Shown here piece by piece: positions 25,739 through 39,060 of a stretch of 64,000 nucleotides of DNA; positions within the stretch are counted from its first letter, which is position 1; each line of letters starts with the position of its first letter. This stretch comes from Octopus bimaculoides. Lineage: Eukaryota. The notes below the pieces were generated by a model. That model was not told where the DNA came from and ran no database searches. It was given only the letters and a program-made list of their open reading frames with translations. Both the position numbers and the translations under genes were made by a program. The DNA lies in NCBI RefSeq assembly GCF_001194135.2, contig NC_068990.1, positions 16,319,660 to 16,383,659 on the forward strand, given 5' to 3'.

Positions 25739-27110
25739 CTGAAAAAGGATTAATTAAAAAACTAGAACATTATAATTAAGGTGGCACGCTGAGAGAATCA
25801 TTGGAATGGTGGCTAAAATGCTTAGCAGCATTGCTTCTGATTCTTTATATTCTGAGCTGAAAACCTACCCAGGTCATCTTTTATCTTTTTGGGGGCTGGC
25901 ATAATTGACTGGTTTTGTGTCAAAATTTGAAACATTATTATTATTGGCAGAATTGTGAGAGTGTTGGACAAAATTTTTTGTGGTATTTGTTCCAGCTCTG
26001 TACATTCTGAGTTCAAAATACTGCCAAGATTAACTTTGCCTTTCATCCTTTCAGGATTGATAGAATAAAGCATCGGTCAAATGGTGGAGATGATTTAACC
26101 AACCAATGTTCCTGCTTCAAATTTTTGTCTTTTTAACCAAATTAGAAACAATTATTATTTTTATTGGCAGAATCATTAAGTTATCAGGCAAAATGCTTTG
26201 CAGTATTTACTCTGATGCTTTACATTCTGAAATCAAATTCTGCTGAGGTCAACTTTGCTCTTCAATTGCTTGATAGTTCTGTTTGAAAAAAAAAATACAT
26301 ACAAATATGTAAAAGTAAAACCACTAAAACTCTGACAAACAGATTTATTTACCTTTAACCTTTGTCTACTGAGTGCCTGATCAAACAGCTAAAAATTGAT
26401 TTAATATAACTATGCTACACATCTTGCAAAAACATACAACAGTTTGTATCTGCTGGAAGTGAAATGAAAGATAAATTTCCCCAGGATATAATTCCGAATT
26501 AAGTATTCTGGTTATCAATTTTTCACAGGAAATTATCAATGAACCAGAGTGTTACCTGTCAATTGATGTGTAAGTTTGGAAATATATTTTTGCCACGATG
26601 GATAACATCAGGAATTATGACATGAATACAATAATTATAATTTAATTTTTTAAATCAAATTTCTTGGTGCTTATACAAATTAATGAAACGAATATTAATT
26701 CTCGAAATAAAATCTTTATTACCTTAAAATTAGATAAACCAAATTTCTCATGTGTAACTCCTCCCATAACTAGTGTCATTTACTCCCTCTCCACCTCCTC
26801 CTTCCATCTCAATGATTCTTTCTCTCTTGTTGTGCATTTGTGTGTGAGAGAAGAGAAAGAGAAAGGTGTAAAATTCCTTTACTCATTGCATTCATCCTGC
26901 ACCTGTTATGTTAACTCTCTCTTTTACTTTCTCTCTCCTCTCATCCTCTATCATATAAAACATAACCAACCAACCATAAGTCAACATTTTTGGCTATTAA
27001 TATTTACATAGAGAGACCTGAAAGTTTGAAAACTTTTAGTTTTTGATCCAATTCTTGAAAATCAATAATAAAAAAAAAATGTAAATTTATTTATTTGTTT
27101 GTTTGTTTCG

Positions 27111-27374
27111 CCCTTTTGATACCAACCAGTCTGAAATTGTCCCTAGTTTTATGATATAAACATCATTTTAAGAAAATCTAAATGATGCCTATTTTTTTTT
27201 TACTAGTTTCTATTGAAATACAATGCATTTGTTTAAATTAATTTTGAAAATAAGAAAGAATTTAGTAAAACAATCATTTTAAGCTGGTGTTTGGAGCATA
27301 AATTTTGATGGAGGATTTTAATTCAAATTATTTTGAAACAGAAAGTTTGTTATAATAGAATGCAATCAAAAGGG
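27111..27374. mobile_element. piggyBac-like MITE; related AT-rich copies at 5850-6200, 16690-16900, 17580-18035, 45920-46140, 58535-59040
   Basis: Perfect 10-bp TIR CCCTTTTGAT/ATCAAAAGGG; TTAA at the right flank. Confidence 0.65.
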
Positions 27375-27589
27375 TTAAAATCTTCCATCTGTGTTCCACG
27401 TTAATTCATATTTCGTTCACTGGCTTAATAATGACAAAATTATTTTATAAAATTTTTATAATTTTCAAAATTAATTGAAACAAAATAAAGTAACAAAAGT
27501 GTTAAATGAAGAAAAAGTACAGTTGAGAATGTAGACCCTAGAGTACAAAAAGATGGCCACAAATATAACACAGTTTTTTGTTTTCAACT

Positions 27590-28380
27590 GGAGGAAAATG
27601 CTTCTACCACCGTTGCAAGTTCTCTGAGACCTGGGAGACTGACTGTAGGAAATGCTACCCTCATCAGCAGCAAGTTAACAGCTGCAGAAAAAAATAAGCT
27701 ACTGTACTCATGGCTAACTCTCTCCTTACAGACAGCACCCCTGTACAACATGGTGTGTATAGCTCTCACAAGCCTTTCATCTACACTTCCTCAAAGACTA
27801 TCAGACCACAGAACAAGGGACTCTATACTTGGCATTTATTAACCTGGAGAAAGTCTTCAACAAAGGATTACTTTTAACTAAATACTTCTCCTGCAGCTGT
27901 CTTAAGAAGGATATGGCATCAATGGTACAATACCAAACTGCATTGCATATATTCTAACTCTCTTTCTAATTAATTGAACAATAACTCTTACTGTAATTTT
28001 CGTGAACTGGTCTAGCAATTAATACCTCTGTAATTACTTGTAAGGCCATCCTTTATCCTCATAACAGTTGACTATATTGCTGCTACCCCAGTCATTGGGT
28101 ATAGCACCTTCCTGCACAATCTGATTAACTATATGGGTGACTTAGACTATACCCTACTCTGCCAGATAGTTTAAGCATCCCAGCAGTGATTCTTGATAAA
28201 CCAGGGCCTTCCCTTGCTTTCATATCACTGATTCCCTTGTTTACCATATTGCTGTCAACTAGGATAGCTAGTGCCTCTGTTGGGTTTGCACTGGGGAAAA
28301 GCCTTTTACTCCTCCTAAGCATTTTCCATGCTTAATAGTCTTTCATAGCAGCACTTCTCTGCCTCTGTCTTTTAAGAATC
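27590..28380 (-). mobile_element. RTE LINE RT fossil containing an internal 39-bp inversion
   Basis: Minus peptides KAREGPGLSRITAGMLK, AIPNDW, NYRGI, RQLQEKYL, VDERLVRAIHTM. Confidence 0.85.
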
Positions 28381-28487
28381 ACTAAATGCAAGTACAATTA
28401 CGCATCTGCACACACATCTCACCCACAACATCTCATGAGCCTGGCATGCATACATACATAGGTATATACATACATACATTGTATACA

Positions 28488-28582
<95 letters not shown>
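28488..28582. repeat. (GT)n(AT)n microsatellite; other AT/GT/AG/GAT tracts at 3332-3385, 5113-5160, 7020-7047, 12645-12690, 31331-31561, 50265-50397, 52450-52480, 53325-53360, 56460-56640
   Basis: Direct reading. Confidence 0.95.
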
Positions 28583-28585
<3 letters not shown>

Positions 28586-29544
28586 CATCAGTTAATGTCC
28601 GTTTTCCAATGTTTCCAGTATTCTCAAGTCCTCTGCATTCAAGGCCCATGTCTTACTATCATGCAACGTTGCAGTTCTAACACAAGTGTTATACAATCTG
28701 CTTTTCATTCTAAGGGAACAGATCTTAGTTGTGAGCTCCTGTTCTTATTCTGGCCACTATACTTTCAGGGCAACCACATTCCTTGCTAATTACATCTCCT
28801 AGGTAACAGAAGCCATCCAGGCATCCAAGAGAAATTATTTCCAATAGGTTTATAACATGTCCTGTTCCAGTGCATCCATCACCTATAAAGCTTACATTCT
28901 CAGTCTGCCTGGGTTTCCACTATGTTTCTTGTGTCTTGGTACCTTACGTCATCAGGCACAACATATGGTGTTTATGCCTACTCCTTTTCTGAATATCAAA
29001 CAAAGCCATTTCCCTGAAAGTATCATGGGTTCTGTCTTTCTTTCTAACTAAATTCTTCATCACTGCTAGGTTATTTATCTGTAATGATGGGCTTCTTACA
29101 GTTTCTGTCCAACAAATCCACTCACAAGGCTTTAATTAGTGCAGAGTTATAGTAGAAGACACCTTATCAAAGTGTCAGGCAGTGGGATTGAACCCACAAT
29201 TATGTGGTTTGCTTAACCATAGAGTTAAGCAAACTTCTTAACTGGACAGCCATGCCCAAGGGTAGAAGAGAGAAGAAAGAAAAAGAGAGATCTATCAATC
29301 TATCTAGCTCTCGGCACACACACACAGCGGTTTTTGGTTGTGAATTAGTAATCTGTAACAGCTGGTTTCATTGTTCAGTTCCAGTATGTTGTGGATTCAA
29401 ATCCTGTTTTCATCTTCAAATTTTATTATATGTCTAAATGGCCAAGATGAATTATTGCCAATAAAAATATGATATATTGGACCATAAAGTAGTCAAGCTC
29501 CTTACCAATGAAAACATTTTTTATAATGTTAATTAGTTAAATTA

Positions 29545-30105
29545 CAAGGGTTGTACTAAAAGTAATGCAAATGTAAGCATAGCTTCATTAGTAACTGCCA
29601 TTAGTAGTTCAACTTGCACATGCTGATAGAGCATCTCTTCTTTGTGTTCATTGTAGGTAAATAATGGGTTTCAAACAAAAACAACATGCTCATCATTGAG
29701 TTCTTGTTGAAAGAGAGGTGTAGACTGTCTGACATTCAGAGAAGGATACAAATTGTTTACAGAGATGACAACATTGACAAAAGCAATGCAGAACAGATGG
29801 ATGAAGATGTTCAAAGAAGAGGAAACTAGCACTGAAGACAAACTGTGAAGTGGGAGACTGTTGATAATGACCACTGACATGAATTGGCAGTGGAAAGATG
29901 AAGTGATTTGTGTGGACTGAAGAGTCATAATTTGTGAGTTTGCTACTCAACTGGGCTGTGGTCACAGTGCAATATAGTAGACAGTGCATGATTTTGGGTG
30001 CTGGAAAATATGTATAAAGAGTGTACGTCAGTAGTTGATACGCAAAAATGAAGGAGAGAAGATTGAAAGTCATCTCTGATCTACTGGAAGCATTAAGCAC
30101 ATCTT
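29545..30105 (+). mobile_element. Mariner 5' remnant (TIR plus N-terminal HTH region)
   Basis: TA|CAAGGGTTGTACTAAAAGTAATGCA start; decayed YRDDNIDKSNA..WMKMFKEEETSTEDK...SGR and ATQLGCGHSA. Confidence 0.7.
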
Positions 30106-31327
30106 TTTTGTTCATACTCAGTATTTGTTTGTCTTAAGTCTTCATCCTGAATATTTTCAATTGTAAGACTTGAACCTCATTTTTTGCTTTGTTTTTACCC
30201 TGATACTTTCCAGATGAGGGATGCCAACTTTTTACCAGTGTCAAAATTATAATAATTCTAGATAAAAGCTGGTGATGAAATGAGTTATATTTGGGGTTTT
30301 TTTTTGCTTTTTCTTTTCTCTTGCATATCTATAACCTATAAATAAATAAATACACATGCACACACACACACTGAATATTCCTGAGAACTACGTTAAGAGT
30401 ATGCGTGTTTGTGGAGTGATCAGCCCATTAATTTCACAAGCAGGCTGGTTTGTTGATCAGATGAACTTGAGTATTCATTGTTGTAAATGACAAAGTACCA
30501 TTTTTTAATATATATATTATCAAATTTACTATTCACTGTTTAATATAGGAAAGGCAGTTCATAATGGGCTTGCTGTGAATGATGAGTTTGATGTCCATAA
30601 CTGATAAAGTATAAAAATGCAGAAGTCCATGTCCTATAATCTGACAACATTCATAGCTCAGTGGTGTTTTTCACATATATTTTCTATAAGGAAAATTTTC
30701 TCTTGAGACAATTTCTGCAGCAAAGGTCTTTTCATGTTTGAGTGTACACGAATATATTAAATATAATCATACATACACGCACATATGTATACACAACATA
30801 TACACACACACACACACATATGCAGGCATTCACACACAATAAGCTTTTTGCACCATTTCTGTAAACTAAATTTCATTCTTAAAACATTGGTCAGCCCAAG
30901 GCTATAGTGGAAAATCTTGCCCGAATGGAATCAATTTTGAAACCTCCATGACTATGAAACAAATTCCTAATTTGCAATGTGATATTTTTTTTATATATAT
31001 CCTATAAAAAGTGCTAGTTATATATTGGGGTTGATTCAACCAATTTTGAGTTTCCCTTTCAATTTATAGTCTTATAAGAAACCACCAATACATCGCCAAA
31101 ATAATAAGGAGCTGGTAGAGCAGTTGGCTAAACACGGACCCATGCTAGCATGAGTTAGATGAATATATTGTTATGGTATTGTTTTACTGCTAGAAGCACT
31201 TATTGTCTCTAATTTCACACGTTTTCAAAGGAGTGAAGGGAGCAAATGATTCATTGTCAGGAGAACTCACAACAACACTGCTTATAACTTTTGGCTTTTT
31301 TAGAGTGCAGAAGTAAACAAGCACACA

Positions 31328-31375
<48 letters not shown>

Positions 31376-31529
31376 NNNNNNNNNNNNNNNNNNNNNNNNN
31401 NNNNNNNNNNNNNNNNNNNNNNNNNNNNNNNNNNNNNNNNNNNNNNNNNNNNNNNNNNNNNNNNNNNNNNNNNNNNNNNNNNNNNNNNNNNNNNNNNNNN
31501 NNNNNNNNNNNNNNNNNNNNNNNNNNNNN
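31376..31529. other. Assembly gap (others: 40554-40563, 51272-51394, 53361-53456, 56217-56226)
   Basis: Runs of N. Confidence 1.
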
Positions 31530-31563
<34 letters not shown>

Positions 31564-32206
31564 AATCGATCAATCGATACATAGAAAGGGAGGTTTGTAG
31601 GCAGACAGACATACTTCTTTACGTTTCCATTTACCAAATTCATTCACAAAGCTTTGATCAGCCAGGAGTTTTAAGATATTTGTGAAAAGGTGCTGTGGAA
31701 TAGGATTGAACCCAAAACCATGTAGTTTCAAAGCAAACTTCTTAATTACACAGCCATGCCTGCACTTATATTCCTTCTGAATTCAAAGCCATTTGTATCT
31801 TTCACTGAACAAATCATGTGCTAACATTACAACTGTACCTGTGTAAGAAACCTCTGGCTGTTCTTGTCCTTTCTATCATAATTTAACCTTTCCAAAACCT
31901 CATATAAAGCCTCCACCCTTTTTACTATAAACCCTCTCAACTGAGATGATTTTCTAGTCTTTCAAATTACATACCATCCTCACCAGTGCTAATGCCATGA
32001 AAAAGAAAGCACCCAGAACACTCTATAAAATAGTTGGTGCTAGGAAATGCATCCAGCCTTGGAAACCATGTCAAAACTGAGACAGTAGAGCAAGACATGT
32101 TTCTCCAAACAGTTGGATTCTGTCAGACTGTTTAACTCAAGCCAGCATGGATGAAAGCAAAAGTGAAATAAGTGGAGACTTATAAAAGAAACCATTATTT
32201 ACTTAC

Positions 32207-32385
32207 AACCACAAAATATTCCTTGGTGACACTTCTTCATTGAAGAGATTCTCTGTTGTTGTTGTGGTAGAATACTGTTACCGTTTGTTTGAATGTTGGT
32301 TGTTCCATTTGCTATCATTAACAGATATTGATGTAGAATGGCCTTTTCAGAATTTCCTTCTGGAGTATTTACTTCTGAGAAATTC
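32207..32385 (-). CDS. Internal exon of uncharacterised minus-strand gene (NFSEVNTPEGNSEKAILHQYLLMIANGTTNIQTNGNSILPQQQQRISSMKKCHQGIFCG)
   Basis: ttattttttttttag| ... GGTT|gtaagt; 179 nt; only one open frame; phase 2 to 1. Confidence 0.85.
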
Positions 32386-32733
32386 CTAAAAAAAAAATAA
32401 TGCTGATCAAATAAGTAACATTTCAATGTGAGAAGCTAACAGGGAAGTCTATGTAGTCATTAGAAATAGCAGTTAAATTACCCTCAAACCACACCATGCT
32501 ATCTTAAATGCAAAATATACAGGTTCAAAAAAAATAATAGCAGTTGAATCCTGGGGTCACTGTAATTGGCTATGCCCCCTCCACCAAAATTCCAGGCCAT
32601 GTACCTATAGTAGAAAGGGTTACTACTACTACTACTACTGCTACTGCTGCTGGCAGAAATACCACCCTCCAGGCAGTTTCCTGCAAGTGATATATAATAC
32701 TGTGTTAATTATATCCACTTACATAATACTTAC

Positions 32734-32976
32734 CTAAAACATGCTGCTGTTGTAGCAGGTCTGTGATTAAGACTTTTCCTTTGGTCAGTCTTTTGATCAA
32801 CCTTCTTTGGTTTAGAGACAAACTGACTAGTGTGAAGAGGAAATACATTCTTTCTCTCTGATAAATGGTTAACATTTAGAATTAATAATTCCTCTTTATA
32901 ATCAAAGTTTGAAGAATTGTACTTCAGGTTACTGCCAGAGTTCATTTTCACATATTCAGTATTTGGTATATATTTA
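32734..32976 (-). CDS. Internal exon of uncharacterised minus-strand gene (KYIPNTEYVKMNSGSNLKY...HRPATTAACF)
   Basis: catctccatttcag| ... TTTAG|gtaagt; 243 nt open, phase 2 to 2; joins the next exon across a 348-nt intron. Confidence 0.85.
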
Positions 32977-33507
32977 CTGAAATGGAGATGAAAATTGAAA
33001 CCAGAATTAAAAAATATGTAAATTTGATAAAAATGTTACTATGGAAGTATCTCTTGTAATTGGTAGATTTTTATTGGTTGATATCATAGGCATGGTTGCT
33101 ATAGATACACAAATGGCTGTGTGGTTATGGCGTTTGCTTCCTAGATTGGTGTTCAGCCCAAGGCCAATTGAAGCCTTGTAAGTGGATTTAGTAGACAAAT
33201 ATTGAAGAAGTTCATCTATGTATGTATGTATGCATGAGTGTGTATGTATACATGTGTATACGTTTGTGTCCAGTTATCTTTACATCATATGAAGTTGTAA
33301 ATGAGCATCACTGTCATACAACCAGTGTCATTTATTTCCAATCTTCTGTGAAAACATGTCCTGCCATTGAGAAATATTACCTTGCTTGGAAACAGATGAG
33401 AGTTGGCAACCAACCATAGATGATTTGCTTCAACAAATGCCATTTGGCTCTTTATAAAGAGAGCAATGATGATGATATAATTTAGCCTCTGATCAAGGAA
33501 CAAATGT

Positions 33508-33586
33508 ATGAACTAGAGTGTCCTAGCTGTAACCGTTTTGGTTATAAAATAACCAAAACGGTTACAGCTAGGACACTCTAGTTCAT
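33508..33586. repeat. Perfect 38-bp inverted repeat with 3-nt loop
   Basis: 33508-33545 is the exact reverse complement of 33549-33586. Confidence 0.97.
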
Positions 33587-34299
33587 TTCTAGTGTTTAAA
33601 ATATGGAGTGATTTTCTGGTATTGCAGTATTTAGGATATGGAATGGTTGGTATTCCAGTATTCTGATTTCTGTTTCACATTTTAATTGTTGTGGAGTTCT
33701 AGATTGCTTAGCATACAGCTAAAGTTGTTATGCAGTTATATCTGTATGTAATGCTAAAAGTATGATTGTGATATTGCCAGTGTAGAATGTTTTGTAGATA
33801 TTTTAAAGTTGAATTGAAATGCCATGATGGAGAGGATGAAAAAATGTGAAAAGCATTGTTCAATTTATGTCTGTTACTCCATACAAGCATAGGTTAGATG
33901 AACATATTATATGGCATCTTTTTTTTTAATAACCAGATAACATTTTTGTTGTTAACACTTACAGCAGCATCATCATCATTGTTTAATGTCTGTTTTCCAT
34001 GCTGGCATGGGTTGGACAGTTTGACTGAGGGTTCGAGAGCCAGGAAGTTGCACCAGGCTCCAATCTGATCTGGCAATGTTTCTACAGCTGGATGCCCTTC
34101 CTAAAGCCAACTACTCTGAGAGTGTGGTGGGTGGTTTTTACGAGCTAGCAACAATCTAAGAGATAAATGTATCCGTAGACACTACTGGTGTATTACCTCA
34201 CAATGTATATATATATAAGGTAATTGGAAATCAATGGTAAAAAAAGAAAATACATGTGAGTGTTGTTATCAATATATTGTAAAAATAGATCTAACATGA

Positions 34300-34688
34300 A
34301 AGGTTAGCTCTTCAAGTTTCTACCGAGAGTCACAGATGTTCAACGTGGGTTCCCTTTGCCATATGGCAGATGCCTACACCACAGGCTTACTCCTGTAAGT
34401 CCTGTTGAATTTGAGAGTATGAACACTTTGTCTTTCAAATACCTGCAAAGGAACAAGTCACAAGGTGTTAGGTTGGGAGACCTTGAGGGAACCAGACCAT
34501 CAATAGCAAATATATACCAGGATGGCCAATCCAGCATACTGAAAGATGCTGGCTGAGGTAATCACATATGTGTCTATGCCAATGTAATGGCGCCCTGTCT
34601 TGCTGCATGATGAAGTCAGGTACCTCTTCTTCCAACTGGGGCAACAACCAAATGAACAGCATTGTACCTTTTATTTTGAATTATCCTG
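34300..34688 (-). mobile_element. Internally deleted Tc1/mariner remnant
   Basis: QQDRAPLHW...WIGH...RSPNLTPCDLFLCRYLKDKVF; TIR-like TTTTGAATTATCCTG|TA. Confidence 0.75.
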
Positions 34689-35521
34689 TATATATAAAAA
34701 TCATTGTTTTAATCTCCATCTTTTCATGCTTGAATGGGTTAGATGGAGTTTATTGAGACAGATTTTTTACAGTTTGATGCTCTTCCTGTAGTCAACCCTT
34801 ACCCATTTCCAAGCAAGGTAATGTTTCCTCATGGCCAGACATATTTCTGCAGAATATTAGAAGCAAATTACATTTATTTGCAACAGTCAAGTTATGTCAA
34901 GACAAGGAGACACAAAATACACTCACACACACACACACAAAGAGATTCTTTCAGTTTCTATCCAACAAATCCATTTACAAGGCTTTTTTTCAGCCCAGGG
35001 CTATGGTAGAAGACACTTATCCAAGGAGCCATGCAGTGAGACTATGTGGTTGCAAAGCAAGCTTCTTAACCACACAGTCATGCCTCCACATAGATAAACA
35101 AACAGACAGAATGGACTTCTTTTTCAGTTTCTGTCTACCAAACTAATTTACAAAGCTTTAGACACCCCAAGGTTATAGTAGAAACCACTTGCCTGAGGTG
35201 CCACAAAGTAGGACTGAACCCAAAATTATATGGTTAGGAAGCAACCTTTTTAACCACACAGCTATGCCTGTGCCTAGCCTTGCTTATAGCTTGTATTCTA
35301 AATTATCTATTTTATATTTTACTGGGTATTTATAAATATAATATACACAATCTTTTAGTTCTTCTTAAAAAAAGGTATTCAGCACATTAGGTTTCAGTAA
35401 TGAGAGTGTGTCAGTGATAATGAGACTATAAATTATTGTTTTAGCAAACATCAAATGAAGGTTGTCATTATTCTAGCTGAGAGAATTAATGAAATAAATA
35501 ACTAATTAACTAATAAATTAC

Positions 35522-35613
35522 CTGTCAACATTTACAATTATTTTCATTTTACTTTCTTGTTGTGTATCATCTGTATTCAGCTGCTTATCACAGACAGCTG
35601 GGGATATAATTTC
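35522..35613 (-). CDS. Internal exon of uncharacterised minus-strand gene (EIISPAVCDKQLNTDDTQQESKMKIIVNVD)
   Basis: ttctctacag| ... GACAG|gtaatt; phase 0 to 2. An alternative in-frame acceptor would start the exon at 35636 (phase 1). Confidence 0.75.
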
Positions 35614-35702
35614 CTGTAGAGAACAATTATTATTAACTTTAGGAAAGACAAGAAAGAAAAAAAAAATAGCAATAATGACAACAATGACTATACGTATATA
35701 TA

Positions 35703-36519
35703 CAGGATGTGATGGGAAAATTGTTGCCATTTTATATTTTAATTTTGCAAATGCGCATTGTTTTTGATTTTATTGACTACACAATACAGTATACATGATG
35801 CAATTCACTCAGCTAGAAATTTCGAAACAACATGCACTGCTTGGCATTTGCACCAGAAGTACCAATACGAACATTTCAGAGTTTTGGGTGTCAATCTGAG
35901 TCCACAAAACACGAGTGATAAAAATCAAACATTCAGTCAACATCATGGTGTTTGGAGTAATCACTAGTGATGGCAATGTTATGCCTCCATTCATCTTCCC
36001 ACACAGCCTCAGACTCAACACAGAGGCCTACATCAAGGAGGTAGTGCTGTCCTGGGTCAAGAGGGTGGCTAGTGGAAGACCCTATGTCTGGCAACAGGAC
36101 TCTGCATCATGCCACACAAGCAGGAAGACCCAATTATGGCAGTCAGACAATTTCTGCAACCACATCACCCCTAATATCTGGCCACCTAACTCCCCACACT
36201 ACAACTCCCTTGATTATTGTGTGAGGCATAGTGGAGCAAGAGACCAACAAAACTCCTTGTAACACCAAAGATGAACTGAAGGCAAGGATTATGGCAGCAC
36301 TCACCAACTTAAATAAGGAGGCTGTCCAAAAGAGTTGCAGGAGATTCCAAAGTTGTCTGGAGGCAGTGGTCGAAGCCAATGGCAGTTTTATTGAATAAAT
36401 TTACTCTTTAGTATTCCAAGATATTTTTATGCAATTTTAATAAATATATGTTACAACGAAATGTCAGTGTTATTCTCATTTTTGCATAATTTAGACGACA
36501 GTTTATTCACCACACCCTG
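35703..36519 (+). mobile_element. Internally deleted maT/DD37D-like Tc1-mariner element
   Basis: Degenerate TIRs TA|CAGGATGTGATG.. / ..CACCACACCCTG|TA; peptide IMVFGVITSDG...WQQDSASCHT...WPPNSPHYNSLDY. Confidence 0.85.
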
Positions 36520-36874
36520 TATATATATATATATATATGAAGAGAGAGAGAGGAAAAGAGAGACAGACATGATGGGCTTCTTTTTTGGGTTCCACCTGTC
36601 AAATTAATTCACCAAGTTTTAGTTCCAGCAGTGCTATAGCAGAAGATATTTGCTCAAGGTGACACAGTGGGGCTGAATTTAAACTATGTGGTTGGGAAGC
36701 AAGAGGAGGTACAAGTAGGCCTAGAAGTACTTCAAGTTTGGTAAGACTGTCATAAACAAAAATAAAAACCCATGATAAATTACTGAATTTAAATCTCAAA
36801 ACCCATCTACTGACAAGTTAACTCATACAAAGTTTAAATGCATCTGTCAACGCAAAATTTTGTCATCAAAACTA

Positions 36875-38150
36875 CACTGGCCAAAATAAGTTTAAGACCG
36901 ATGATGACAGTTCTATTCCCTCATTAATATATTTTTAACAAAACTATAAAATTATTTTACTTTTTACAGTTTATGTAGAATTTTAATCTCTTTTGAATGA
37001 TACAGGTATTATATATCTTTCTACAATTCGAATAATTTTTATGTGTAATTAATTCAAATGATTAGAAATTGTTGGCAAAATAATTTTAAGACTGTACCAA
37101 GATTATGCAAATTAATAAACCAAATAGGTGGTCATATGACTGGTCAAACTACACTGTTTTGTTTAATAATCGAGCATTGTTACACATTCATTCACTATGG
37201 GAAAGCGTTGTAGTATCAGCCCAGTTACTAGATCAAAGATTGTGTTGCTTCATTAGCAAACTGTGTTTTTCATGAACATTAGCAAGCAATTAGGATGCAG
37301 CAAAACAGCTTGTGTTCAAGCATGGAAGCTTTACCAATACAAAGATTGGCATAGAACAGGTGCTCTGAGAAAAACAACAGTAGAGATGGATCAGTGAATT
37401 CATAAGCTCTCTGGAGGTAACCAAATGCTAATAGCAGTGGACATTTGCAAGCAATTATCTGATGAAACTGACATCAACTTTATAGCACAAACTGTCAGAA
37501 TTTTGATTGCTTGAAAGAAGCTGATAATTTCTGAGACTAACCAGCGGAAGCAGATCAAGTTTGCTAAAAGCCATACTGAATGGATGGCCGAAGACTGGTG
37601 AAAAGCTCTTTGGAGCGATGAATCCCACTAGTGCATCTTTAGGAAAGGCTTACATTGGACATTGTCCAACTGAAGAATTCCACCCTAAGTGTGTCAAGAA
37701 AACGGTGCAAGCAGGAGGTGGGGGAGTAATGGTGTGGGCCACATTCAGCAGCTTAGGTATTGGTCCAATTGTTAAGGTTGATGGCGGACTGAATAGTGTA
37801 GACTATCTGCAATAAGTAAATGAAAATGTGCTGCCATATTTAAATAATCAGAAGGCAGTACAATTGCCCCATTCATAAGGCTAGGAAAGTTTTGCAATAT
37901 TTTGAGTGCAATAATATGGTGGTTATTGAGTGGCCTCCACAGTGCCCGGATTTGAATCCAATAGAAAATTTATGGAATTATGTTTCTAAAAGAGTTCATG
38001 CTAAAAAAACCAACATACTTGTCCCAGTTATATAATTTTATTGAAGAAATATGGCAGAACATTCTAAGTGATTTTTGTGCTCATTTGTCAAACCCCATGT
38101 CCCACCGTTGTAAGACCGTAATTAAAAATAATGGCTATGGAACTAGATAC
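36875..38150 (+). mobile_element. Decayed Tc1-like (DD34E) transposon
   Basis: TA|CACTGGCCAAAATAAGTTT start; KKTVQAGGGGVMVWATFS..G.GP; EWPPQCPDLNPIENLW. Confidence 0.88.
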
Positions 38151-38689
38151 TAATAATAAATTTTTGTTTGTTGATCATTTGTGCCAGGAACATAGTAGTA
38201 GACATTTGAAATCACAACTCATGTGCAAGAGAGATAGTTGAAAATTGGTGGTCAAAAACACCCTGAATGATAAAGATTTATGGAACTGAAAGCTAAAGTT
38301 GCAGTACAGCACCAACAACAATGACAGGTACTAAATCACTGTCATCAGTGAAAGTTTTTAGCAAAAGTGAAAATAGTATGGTAAACAACATAAGCCAAAT
38401 TATTTTTCATTTTAAACAACATAAAAATAACAAATTGTAATATCCTGAAAACATTAAATACAGAAACAATTTTAAATATTTTTTGAAAAATGCACACCAA
38501 ATTCTAATACATCAAAAATTATTAACAAAAAAAATTAAAAGTATAAAATATTGAGATAATCATGTGCTTTAATGACATATAACTGAAATATCAATGAAAA
38601 TGAAACCAACAATAACGATATGAGGGTCATGAGAAGACCCGCCTGCATCAGTGAAGCTGTATTCTAGAAGTGCTGTGTGTTTCATCCAC

Positions 38690-39060
38690 ATGTAGCAAGA
38701 AAACTTTTCACACACCCTACCACAACAAATCAAGCTACATCTCTACATCTCTTCTCTTCCTTACATTTCCTCTCTCATGCACTATGCTTACCTCTCACTC
38801 CCCAATCCTGTCCTCTTGGCCCTGTTTCACTGTATCATTACTGTCCACTAGTCCCCCCCACTCCTGCCTCCCCAATATGTGTGTTCTACCCACACATAAC
38901 AAGAAAACCTTTCACACACCCTACCCTGACAAACCACCCACATGTAATAAGAAAACTTGTCACACACCCTGCCCCCAACAAACCAAACTACATCTCTTCT
39001 CTTCCTCACATTTCCTCTTTCATGCACTATCCTTACCTCTCACTCCTCAACCTCACTCCT
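38690..39060 (+). repeat. Degenerate tandem duplication in a pyrimidine-rich repeat
   Basis: AAGAAAAC.TTTCACACACCCT.CC occurs three times; CTACATCTCTTCTCTTCC...CATGCACTA..CTTACCTCTCACTCC occurs twice. Confidence 0.7.

Noticed and set aside
26353-26800. Small minus-strand exon candidates (26353-26388, 26733 donor)
   Set aside because: Their phases do not fit the 32207-to-25738 join, which works without them.
28386-28789. ORFs rich in YI/CV repeats (also 3206-3532, 10050-10319, 12467-12736, 31190-31643, 56414-56669)
   Set aside because: Translations of AT/GT/AG/GAT microsatellites or N runs.
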